Assembly: GCA_013213965.1 (NCBI GenBank)
Contig: JABSSR010000113.1
Span: 1-47,785, forward strand
From: Verrucomicrobiales bacterium
GTDB lineage: Bacteria; Verrucomicrobiota; Verrucomicrobiia; Verrucomicrobiales; DEV007
Direction of reading: 5' to 3'
DNA length: 47,785 bases
Position 1 is the stretch's first letter, and each line of letters begins with the position of its first letter. The notes under the pieces are model-generated. The model was not told where the DNA came from. It made no database searches and was given only the letters and a program-made list of their open reading frames with translations. Below, piece after piece: positions 26,724 through 35,404 of this stretch. The position numbers were made by a program, and so were the translations under genes.

Positions 26724-29396
26724 ATGGCACTTACTAGAAAGCGAACGCTTTTCTCTGCATTACTTGCAAGCGTAATCTTAATGCTCCCTCCGGATCATTT
26801 GGCCAAAGAATCTGGAATAGAAAACGCACCGAATCGTGAGCAGATACTAAAAGCAATAGAACAGCTCAGCTCTGATGACTTTAAATTAAGGGAAAAGGCA
26901 ATGGAGTCAGTATGGCAAATGGGACGTGCAGCAGAGCCTTTCCTAAGAGAAGCCATTAAGAACGGCAATGCAGAAATGCGCTATCGTGGCAGCAAAATTT
27001 TAGATGAATTTGATTTGGGTTTATACCCGGAAACGCCAAAGAACATTGTGAAACTTGTAAATCAGTTTCGAAAAGGAAACGGCGCTGAAAGAGAAATGGC
27101 CATTGTTGAACTCGCTCAAATGGGGGAAACCGAATTATTAATGAAACTTGTTAAACGTGAACGAGACCCCGGCATTCGCAAAATGGTTGCCCAAATAGTT
27201 AGTCGAAATATCTCCGAAGAAGTTCCGTCACATATAATTAAAGGAAACTATCAACAGGCGAAAAATCTTCTAGAAGTTGCGGCGCTAGATCAAACTGGCA
27301 TACGCAATTATGTCGCATTCTTATTGCAAAGAAATCAGATTAAAGCCGCGATTGAAAAGCAGCGTAAACTTGTTGATAAGACCCAAGTAGATGCGGAACT
27401 ACTCGCATGGATGCTAAGAGCTCAAGGAAATTTCACTGAAGCTGCGGAAGTCTTTGGAAGTCTCGGTGATAAAACCCGAGCGCGGCACACTCTGGCAGCA
27501 GGGGGTAATCTATCCGAATATGCAAAGTCCTTTGTCGATCCTAGTCGTCGAACTACTGACACTTTGGGATTCGCGGCAGCTTCTGCACGCCTCTCGGGTC
27601 AAGAAGAAGAATTTAAGAAAAAACTCAAGGCCATAGAAGACTATGCCATGGCGATGAAGGACGAGCTTGGGCGATGCTTAAATGCACTCATCATCAATGG
27701 CGAAGCTTCCCGTGCATTTAAGTTAGCCCAAAGAGCAAAGGGAGCTGAACTTTTTGATATGGAAATGTGGAGATATAATTTTGATAACGCATTCCAATCC
27801 ATAGGAATTGGAACAAAAAAAGCTCCCTACGATAATTGGTTAAAAAAATACGAAACAAATTTTAAAGCTAACACAGAAGAAGCGGTAAGAAAATCACTAG
27901 ATCCTGCAGGCCAATTAGCAAACGCCTGCTCCCTGACAGGACAGGATGCAGAAGCCAAACGGATCATGAAAAGATCCGGAGAATTACTCATCAAAAATAA
28001 CGCGAGTCTAATTCCACTGATCAGATTGGAACGATTCATTGGCCTTAATGAACTGGCCACTCAACATGCTATCAAAGCGATGGAAATGGAGTCTAAAGAA
28101 GATGTGATTCATGCATTTTTTCAAACCAGTGCAGAATACTCATGGCTCACATTAATTTCCTGGGAATTTATAAATCTAGAGTTTCCAAAAGAAAATAGAG
28201 AAACGACTTTAGAACACATGGCACTACTTTTCGATTTTGATGATCTTAATAATGACCCGGATGATGCACGCAAATTAATTCAGGCCATGTCGGATTATGC
28301 AAAGCTCTGCCCAAGTAATGAGCGGAAAAAAGAATTCACTAGGGCGGTAAAGGATTTGGCACGTCTACATGAACTATGGGAATTAGCAGCTGAGGCAAAT
28401 AATCAATGGCTTCAATTGATCGGAGAAGAAGCTGTGGGGTATCATTACATGAGATACGGAAACACACTACTTAATGCGAAAAAGCCAAAACTAGCGTTTC
28501 AACAATTCAATAAAGCCTGGCAGATCAATAAAGCCGATCCTTTGTCCCTCTACTTAAAAGGAGTAGCTCTGTCCAAAGCCGGAGAAAAAGAAAAAGGATT
28601 AGAGCTGAAGAAACAAGCTTCGATCATGTCTATCGGTGATGTGACTAAAAGACATTTCCTAGCCAATTCAATGTGGCTCCATGGGGACGATGAACTTGCA
28701 AGAAATCAGGATGAAATCATACTCCGCCTCGCCTCTCCACATGAAAGCGTTCACCCTGAAGCATTACGCCGAAAATATGCCGATCTAAAAATTCAACAGG
28801 TTCCTGCAAGCCAATGCTCTAAGGCATTAGAATTTTATCTGCTATCGAGAATGCGCGCAGTCAATGCAAACAGCGTTATCAGCCCTCGCAATGCGCTAAG
28901 TTACCTTATCAATCTTGGAGTCATGCAAGCGAAAGCCTCACTCGAAAACCGTGACGCGAGTGCTGCCATAAGCAAAATTAAAAATCTACAACAAATTAAC
29001 CCCTCTGACAGCTCAATGCTTGAAGACTTGTATCAATTACTTGTAAATGCAGGGGAAACTGAAGAAGCGAATAAATTATTTGAGACAACTTACCAAGTTT
29101 CCAAAGCAACTATCATGAGGTTCCCCGATCATGGGCAGCACAATAATAACCATGCGTGGTTATTATCTCGCTGCTCTAAGAAGCTCGATGAGGCACTGAA
29201 ATATGCGAATACAGCTGTCCAACTAGAGCCTGACAACGGAGCATTCCTCGACACTCTCGCCGAAGTTCACTTCCAGCGAGGTAATCGAATCAAAGCAATC
29301 GAGATCTCTGAAAAAGCAGTTAAACTATTGGACGGTGATTCACAGGTAAAACGCCAACTCGAGAGATTTAAAAATGGCAATCCTATTGATAGATGA
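26724..29396 (+). CDS. Large secreted HEAT-like/TPR repeat protein
   Basis: 890 aa. N-terminal signal-like RTLFSALLASVILMLPP is followed by a HEAT-like module (SSDDFKLREKAMESVWQMGRAAEPFLREAI). The rest is all-helical with a clear C-terminal TPR (AFLDTLAEVHFQRGNRIKAIEISEKAV). Confidence 0.7.
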   Translation: MALTRKRTLFSALLASVILMLPPDHLAKESGIENAPNREQILKAIEQLSSDDFKLREKAMESVWQMGRAAEPFLREAIKNGNAEMRYRGSKILDEFDLGLYPETPKNIVKLVNQFRKGNGAEREMAIVELAQMGETELLMKLVKRERDPGIRKMVAQIVSRNISEEVPSHIIKGNYQQAKNLLEVAALDQTGIRNYVAFLLQRNQIKAAIEKQRKLVDKTQVDAELLAWMLRAQGNFTEAAEVFGSLGDKTRARHTLAAGGNLSEYAKSFVDPSRRTTDTLGFAAASARLSGQEEEFKKKLKAIEDYAMAMKDELGRCLNALIINGEASRAFKLAQRAKGAELFDMEMWRYNFDNAFQSIGIGTKKAPYDNWLKKYETNFKANTEEAVRKSLDPAGQLANACSLTGQDAEAKRIMKRSGELLIKNNASLIPLIRLERFIGLNELATQHAIKAMEMESKEDVIHAFFQTSAEYSWLTLISWEFINLEFPKENRETTLEHMALLFDFDDLNNDPDDARKLIQAMSDYAKLCPSNERKKEFTRAVKDLARLHELWELAAEANNQWLQLIGEEAVGYHYMRYGNTLLNAKKPKLAFQQFNKAWQINKADPLSLYLKGVALSKAGEKEKGLELKKQASIMSIGDVTKRHFLANSMWLHGDDELARNQDEIILRLASPHESVHPEALRRKYADLKIQQVPASQCSKALEFYLLSRMRAVNANSVISPRNALSYLINLGVMQAKASLENRDASAAISKIKNLQQINPSDSSMLEDLYQLLVNAGETEEANKLFETTYQVSKATIMRFPDHGQHNNNHAWLLSRCSKKLDEALKYANTAVQLEPDNGAFLDTLAEVHFQRGNRIKAIEISEKAVKLLDGDSQVKRQLERFKNGNPIDR

Positions 29397-29450
29397 TCTG
29401 TTTAAATTCAATAGTGAAATAAAATCTGACCTTTTACAATTTACATTATA

Positions 29451-29576
29451 ATGAAATATTTAGTTGTTTTCATTTTTCTTTTCACTTTAACAGCTTCCTC
29501 TCTCCTATCAGCACCCATGACCCATGGTTCATGGATTGTAAGTCAGGGTTGTAACTTTTGTCAGGAAAAGAATTGA
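29451..29576 (+). CDS. Candidate small secreted peptide (41 codons), below the ORF-track cutoff
   Basis: Hand-translated as MKYLVVFIFLFTLTASSLLSAPMTHGSWIVSQGCNFCQEKN*. It has a signal-peptide-like n/h/c region and a ~20-aa tail with CxxC. It starts 54 nt after the TPR/HEAT gene on the same strand. No SD and no homology evidence. Confidence 0.3.
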   Translation: MKYLVVFIFLFTLTASSLLSAPMTHGSWIVSQGCNFCQEKN

Positions 29577-29640
29577 ACAGTCCTTTTTATCCTATAAAAT
29601 AAGGGTAATTCTCCTTGATTGGAGCCTTAGATAATACTAA

Positions 29641-31404
29641 TCATAAATTAAGATTATTATCGGTTACCGCCCCCTCAGATGCAGAAGAAACTGTAGAGGC
29701 ATACTTGCCAAGAACACCTCGCGTATAACGTGGGGCTGGTTTTTCCCATGACTCGAGTCTTTTCTTCATCTCTGCAGACGTCACATCAAGATCCACTATG
29801 CTCTTATTAGCATCAATGGTAATTTGATCACCATCCTTTATCAACGCTATCGGACCCCCATTGAATGCTTCAGGAGTAATGTGTCCAACCACAAAGCCAT
29901 GAGTTCCACCACTGAAACGTCCATCCGTAATTAAGGCAACATCCTCACCAAGGCCCCTCCCCATAATTGCTGAAGTAGGTCCAAGCATTTCCCTCATTCC
30001 TGGCCCGCCCTTGGGCCCTTCATATCGAATCACAATCACATCACCAGCGACAATCTTTCCAGTAAGAATAGCTTTTTGTGCCTCTTCCTCAGAATCAAAG
30101 ACACGAGCCTTTCCTTTGAAGCTTTCACCTTCATGTCCGCTAATCTTTGCAACTGATCCCTCTGGCGCGATGTTTCCACGCATGATAACCAAATGACTTG
30201 TCTTCTTAACAGGCTCATCTAGTGGACTAATGATGTCTTGTCCGGCAGGATATTTGAGTTCAGATCGAGAAACATTTTGCTTAAGAGTTTTACCTGTGAC
30301 CGTTAAGCAATCGCCATTTAAAAGCCCTTCATTAATGAGGATGCGCATCAGCGGTACTGTACCGCCAATATGGACAAGATTTGCCATCATGTGAGTTCCG
30401 CTTGGCTTTAAATCTGCAAGGACCGGTGTCTTTTCGCCTATACGTGTGAAATCATCAATACTGAGGGGGACATTCGCAGCATTAGCCATGGCCAATAAGT
30501 GCAACACTGCATTGGTTGAACCCCCCAAAGCTATGACCATAGTAATGGCATTTTCAAACGCCTCCTTGCACAGAATATCCGAAGGCCTGATACCTTTTTG
30601 CAATAAATAATTCACCGCAGCACCCGCATCCATTGCATCGCGCATTTTATCAGCATGAATAGCAGCCAGCGAAGAACTATTAGGCAAACTCATGCCCATC
30701 GCTTCAATGGCACTCGCCATCGTGTTAGCTGTATACATTCCCCCACAAGAACCCGCTCCAGGAATCGCACACTCCTCAATTGCCTCAAGCTGAAGAGTAT
30801 TAATCTCACCAGCAGCACGTTTCCCAACGGCTTCAAATACTGACACAATGTCCACGTCCTTCCCCCTGTGATCCCCCGGCATAATAGTACCGCCATAGAC
30901 AAAAACCGCTGGCCTATCCAACCGCGCAGCAGCGATGAGACAGCCGGGCATATTTTTGTCACAACCTCCAACCATCACCAACCCGTCATAGCCCTGAGCT
31001 GAAACTACAGTCTCGATTGAATCCGCTATAACCTCCCTTGATACTAATGAATACTTCATCCCCTCTGTACCCATAGAAATTCCATCAGAAACGGTGATCG
31101 TATTAAAGATTACACCTTTGCCGCCAGTCGAATTAACACCTTTTTCAGCTTCACGAGCAAGCTTATCGATGTGCATGTTACAAGGGGTAACGTTTGCCCA
31201 AGTAGAAGCTATCCCCACATGTGAACGTGTGAAATCATCTTTGCGAAAACCTACCGCATGAAGCATTGCTCGGCTCGGAGCACGATCATCACCATCAACA
31301 ACTTTTGAAGAAAACTGCCGCGGCTTGTATTTAGCCCTTTTCCTTTTGGTAGCTTTCTTAGCAACTTTAGCTGCTTTTTTCTTCACGGTATTATTTTTGG
31401 GCAT
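29641..31404 (-). CDS. ilvD: Dihydroxy-acid dehydratase with a Lys/Ala-rich N-terminal extension
   Basis: [18 protein letters not shown] and [11 protein letters not shown] motifs are present. About 30 extra basic residues precede the conserved N-terminus. Confidence 0.95.
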   Translation of the reverse strand: MPKNNTVKKKAAKVAKKATKRKRAKYKPRQFSSKVVDGDDRAPSRAMLHAVGFRKDDFTRSHVGIASTWANVTPCNMHIDKLAREAEKGVNSTGGKGVIFNTITVSDGISMGTEGMKYSLVSREVIADSIETVVSAQGYDGLVMVGGCDKNMPGCLIAAARLDRPAVFVYGGTIMPGDHRGKDVDIVSVFEAVGKRAAGEINTLQLEAIEECAIPGAGSCGGMYTANTMASAIEAMGMSLPNSSSLAAIHADKMRDAMDAGAAVNYLLQKGIRPSDILCKEAFENAITMVIALGGSTNAVLHLLAMANAANVPLSIDDFTRIGEKTPVLADLKPSGTHMMANLVHIGGTVPLMRILINEGLLNGDCLTVTGKTLKQNVSRSELKYPAGQDIISPLDEPVKKTSHLVIMRGNIAPEGSVAKISGHEGESFKGKARVFDSEEEAQKAILTGKIVAGDVIVIRYEGPKGGPGMREMLGPTSAIMGRGLGEDVALITDGRFSGGTHGFVVGHITPEAFNGGPIALIKDGDQITIDANKSIVDLDVTSAEMKKRLESWEKPAPRYTRGVLGKYASTVSSASEGAVTDNNLNL

Positions 31405-31557
31405 TTGCCGCAGATTTTGGCCTCCCTTTTGATAAGGTCAAGCGCAGATCGCTACAACAACCAAAAGAATTACTAATATCGCATATAAAGCAGGTTTTTA
31501 ACCAAAAAAATTGACTCCCATTGACATTTCTTCAGCATCCACTAATTATGGCGCCTC

Positions 31558-33156
31558 ATGTCAAAACATAAGGTTCTAGTTGCAGATCCAATTGCCGATA
31601 CAGGAATTGAGGAGCTAAAAGCTGATGATTCACTTGATGTCGATGTTCGCATCGGAATTTCAGAAGAGGAACTGCTAAAGGATGCGGAAATATATGAAGC
31701 TATAATTGTCCGTTCGCAGACAAAAATCACTGCGGACGTAATTAGTAAAGCAACAAAACTCAAAATCGTCGGCAGGGCCGGCGTCGGAGTTGATAACATA
31801 GCTATACCAGCAGCCACAAAAAACGGAGTCATTGTGATGAACACTCCGGCCGGAAATACCATTTCGACTGCAGAACATGCTTTTGGCCTAATGGCATCTC
31901 TAGCGAGGAATATACCACAGGCGCATGCAACAGTCACTGGAGGCGGATGGGGCAGAAAAGATTATAAGGGAGTTGAATTAAACAAAAAGACCCTAGCCAT
32001 TTTGGGAATGGGACGCATTGGAACAGAATTTGCTCGCAGAGCAATTGCTTTTGGAATGAATGTTCTAGCTTATGATCCCTACCTTTCTCCCAGCAGAGCC
32101 AGAGTATTACAAGTAGAACTCTTTCAAGATGTGGATTCCATTGTAGCAGAAGCGGATTTCATTACTTTGCACATGCCTCTAACAGATGAAACAAAACATA
32201 TCATCAATGAAAAAAGATTAAAAATATGCAAACCCGGAGCAAGAATAATTAATTGCGCTCGGGGAGGTCTCATCGATGAACATGCTCTTTTAGATTCCAT
32301 AGAATCCGGCGACATTGCCGGGGCAGCCTTAGATGTTTATGAAGAAAGCGAACCTCCTCCCGAAGGATATGCACTGCTAAAGTCAAAGAAAATTGTTTTT
32401 ACACCACACTTGGGAGCATCAACAGTTGAGGCTCAGGAAAATGTCGGTATCGAGATCGCTAGAAATGTTCGAAACTTTTTAGTTGATGGCACCATAATCA
32501 ACTCCGTTAACACGCCAAGCGTTGACAGTAAAACTGCTCAGCTTTTAGAACCTTATCTCAATTTGGCTGAATCCATGGGTAAAATGCTTTCGCAAATTTC
32601 CCCTCAAGGAACCGAATCGATCTGCATTCGATACTCTGGTAAAGTTGCAGAAATGGATACGTCCCTTGTGACACGAGCGGCATTAAAAGGTTATCTCGTA
32701 AGGGCCTGCGGTGAAGAATCGGTAAATTATATCAATGCTCCCGGAGTCGCAGAAAAGTTGGGACTTACCTTGAGTGAAACTAGGCCCTCCGATAAAAATG
32801 AATTCACAGAATTGATTGAAATTGAAACCACTAATGAAAATGAAAGCGCTTCGATTTCAGGAACTTTTTATGGAGTGACACCAAGAATTGTAACAATTAA
32901 TGGCCATCGCGTAGAGGCCGATCCTGTAGGACATGTGTTGTTAGTCAGTAATACGGATATTCCTGGAGTCGTAGGTGCAATAGGTACAGTGCTAGCCAAG
33001 CACGAAGCAAACATTGCAACAATGTGCTTAAGCAGGAATCGAGTAGGCGATCGTGCACTTACAGTCTTAAACTTGGACAATCACCTTGATGAATCTGCAC
33101 GTGAAGAACTATTGGCATATGAAAGCATACACAGCGCCAAACTTGTAACGCTTTAA
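31558..33156 (+). CDS. serA: D-3-phosphoglycerate dehydrogenase (long form with ASB and ACT domains)
   Basis: KVLVADPI start, GMGRIGTEFARRA NAD motif, catalytic region NCARGGLIDE...TPHLGAST, and a C-terminal ACT-like segment. Confidence 0.93.
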   Translation: MSKHKVLVADPIADTGIEELKADDSLDVDVRIGISEEELLKDAEIYEAIIVRSQTKITADVISKATKLKIVGRAGVGVDNIAIPAATKNGVIVMNTPAGNTISTAEHAFGLMASLARNIPQAHATVTGGGWGRKDYKGVELNKKTLAILGMGRIGTEFARRAIAFGMNVLAYDPYLSPSRARVLQVELFQDVDSIVAEADFITLHMPLTDETKHIINEKRLKICKPGARIINCARGGLIDEHALLDSIESGDIAGAALDVYEESEPPPEGYALLKSKKIVFTPHLGASTVEAQENVGIEIARNVRNFLVDGTIINSVNTPSVDSKTAQLLEPYLNLAESMGKMLSQISPQGTESICIRYSGKVAEMDTSLVTRAALKGYLVRACGEESVNYINAPGVAEKLGLTLSETRPSDKNEFTELIEIETTNENESASISGTFYGVTPRIVTINGHRVEADPVGHVLLVSNTDIPGVVGAIGTVLAKHEANIATMCLSRNRVGDRALTVLNLDNHLDESAREELLAYESIHSAKLVTL

Positions 33157-33186
33157 TTTACTGCGTCCATCAAAAGCGTGTACTCA

Positions 33187-35169
33187 TTAGCTACGATTCT
33201 TATTACCTAATCGCTCAATTGTTGAAGTCAGATGAGCAATTCTAAAAGGCTTGGTGAGGATACCACAAAAGCCATGTTCAAGATAATTTTCTAATACGGT
33301 ATCATCAACATACCCCGTTGTAACAATCGCTTTAACTTTTGGGTTTTTCGCACGGATTCGGGAAAGCGTTTCATCCCCCCTCATTCCACCACGAACATCT
33401 AAATCAAAGAGTAGCACATCAAAAGAGCGACCGAATTCTTCAGCCTTATCATATGCCCTAAGAGCTGCCCTTCCAGTAGATACGCAAAACACCTCATGCC
33501 CTTCTCTCGTTAATGCTTTTTCAATCACAGAACATATATGAGGCTCATCATCTAGGACAAGAACACGTAGTGCTAATTCATTGGACTTTTCGACACTGGA
33601 CTGAGAATCTTTCTTCTTATGAGCAGGAAGATACAATTCAAAACAAGCTCCTTCACCTTCTCCAAAATTGGCAAAAATATATCCATCATGCGAACGACAG
33701 ATTGTTGCAGCACGACTCAACCCAAAACCACGAACACTTTTATTTCTGCTAAAATAGGGATCAAATATTCGATTGATTTCGGAATCAGTCAATTCCGGTC
33801 CATTGTCTCTAAAGATCAGGTGAACATAATTGCCTAAATTTAATGGAAGTTGGCTGTCCTCATCGATGACAACGTTTGACCCGTGTATTGTAATCTTCCC
33901 ATCTCCAAGACCTGAGTCACTCATAATCTCTGCTGCATTCCCAACCAAACAATTGAACATTTGCCTTATTTGTGCTTCATCTCCCATTACTGGCAATAAG
34001 CCTTCTTCAAAATTAAAAACAGGCCGGACCTTATCATAATCAAATAAGGAGAAATGAACTGCTTTCCTTATCATCTCAGGCAAATCCAATTTACTTTTCA
34101 TCTTCGCTTTCCTGCCACCACGAATTGATGCAATCTCATTGATTATCTCTCGGCCACGTTCACAGGCCTGTTGAGCGCATTTGATTGTATCTAGCGATTC
34201 TTCATTGGGGGAATGAGCTGACTCAAGCAATGAAAGATTACCTCCAAGCGAAGTTAAAAGGTCACCGAACTCATCGCTAATTCCTGCGGCAAAACACGCG
34301 AGAGCCTGATCCTTCGAATCTTTGATTCGATTCCCTTCTTCACCTTCTCGCCAACTCACATCACGACATAGCATCATCACTGCATACCCGGAATCCCATG
34401 GGATCGCCGACATCATAATATCCAGATATACCATCTTGCTATCTGGTCGGCGGTAAGGAATAGCTTTTAGAGTAGTTGATCCACTCAAAACCTCACCGCT
34501 TGAAGCGTGCCCATCTTTGCCAAAAATTTGCGGAAAGATTAATGACATATATTTCCCAAGTAAGGCCTTTCCATCATAGCCAAGAACTGATTTGACCGCG
34601 CGATTCACTCCAACAACTTTGCCTCGCCTATTTTTCAGAACAAGGACAGCCTCAGGCGATTCCAAAAAAAGACTCTCGTACCGATTACGATCACGTTTTA
34701 TCTTTGCAATATCCTCTAGATCAGTTCTGCGATGACGGATTCTTGCTTCCATAACTTGTAAGCGTGCAATCAATTCAACATCACCAGAATCAATAAAGAA
34801 AAAATCATCTACCCCTCCTTCAATAAGATCTACTATGTTATCGGTTCCCTCTTGCTCAACCGCAAGCATCACATATGGCTTTTCTTTCCCTAAAGAAGAA
34901 ATCCATTTTAGAAAATTATTTAATCCATCTCCGTAAGGTTTAATATCAATAATGATCGAATCAAAGCATGTCCCATCAATTAAATTCCTCGCCTCGGATG
35001 TTGTTGAGCAGATAGTTACTTCAAACCCTAACTGACCTGCTGCATTAGATAAGGCACTTCCTTGATTTCCATCCCTTTGTACAATTAGCAACCGCTGCAA
35101 TCTTATGTCACTGAGCAAATCTCCCCATTGAGAAATATTACCCGAATTGTCTGATCCTTGACTAATCAC
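33187..35169 (-). CDS. Hybrid sensor-kinase-like protein with the layout REC-like / PAS / degenerate HisKA / HATPase_c / REC
   Basis: The domain order is read from motifs. The N box (LVGNAAEIM) is present. The G1 box reads DNGPE instead of DxGxG. The H box reads GISDEFGDLL instead of GIAHDFNNLL. The C-terminal receiver is intact (VLDDE, LLFDLD, VTTG, TKPF). GTG start, so the true start is uncertain. Confidence 0.8.
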   Translation of the reverse strand: MISQGSDNSGNISQWGDLLSDIRLQRLLIVQRDGNQGSALSNAAGQLGFEVTICSTTSEARNLIDGTCFDSIIIDIKPYGDGLNNFLKWISSLGKEKPYVMLAVEQEGTDNIVDLIEGGVDDFFFIDSGDVELIARLQVMEARIRHRRTDLEDIAKIKRDRNRYESLFLESPEAVLVLKNRRGKVVGVNRAVKSVLGYDGKALLGKYMSLIFPQIFGKDGHASSGEVLSGSTTLKAIPYRRPDSKMVYLDIMMSAIPWDSGYAVMMLCRDVSWREGEEGNRIKDSKDQALACFAAGISDEFGDLLTSLGGNLSLLESAHSPNEESLDTIKCAQQACERGREIINEIASIRGGRKAKMKSKLDLPEMIRKAVHFSLFDYDKVRPVFNFEEGLLPVMGDEAQIRQMFNCLVGNAAEIMSDSGLGDGKITIHGSNVVIDEDSQLPLNLGNYVHLIFRDNGPELTDSEINRIFDPYFSRNKSVRGFGLSRAATICRSHDGYIFANFGEGEGACFELYLPAHKKKDSQSSVEKSNELALRVLVLDDEPHICSVIEKALTREGHEVFCVSTGRAALRAYDKAEEFGRSFDVLLFDLDVRGGMRGDETLSRIRAKNPKVKAIVTTGYVDDTVLENYLEHGFCGILTKPFRIAHLTSTIERLGNKNRS

Positions 35170-35404
35170 AATAAATTCTTCGGATAAAGTTTCGTAACTT
35201 GATAAATTTGGCTGATAGAATCAATTTGGAAGCTTTAAATTTACAAAACTTTTACGCAAATATCAAAAGTTTTTAATAGTTTGCTGATTTTTACTCTAGT
35301 TCTTCTATGTTTTGATGCTCTAATGAGCAGTATTCCGAAATAATTCATTTTTGCGCAACCGCATAACTTTTCTGATTGGATAATAAATAAATTAAGAATC
35401 TTCC

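Noticed and set aside
31511-31549. Tandem TTGAC repeats (TTGACT at 31511, TTGACA at 31521) with AATTAT 17 nt downstream, as a possible serA promoter
   Set aside because: The -10 candidate matches only 4 of 6 positions and would leave a leader of only ~5 nt. The promoter consensus for this lineage is unknown to me. This is too speculative to annotate.
31542-31937. 131-aa minus-strand ORF overlapping the start of serA
   Set aside because: It is antisense to the conserved SerA N-terminal domain. Its hydrophobic, Ser-rich shadow-frame composition fits a chance ORF. serA explains the region.
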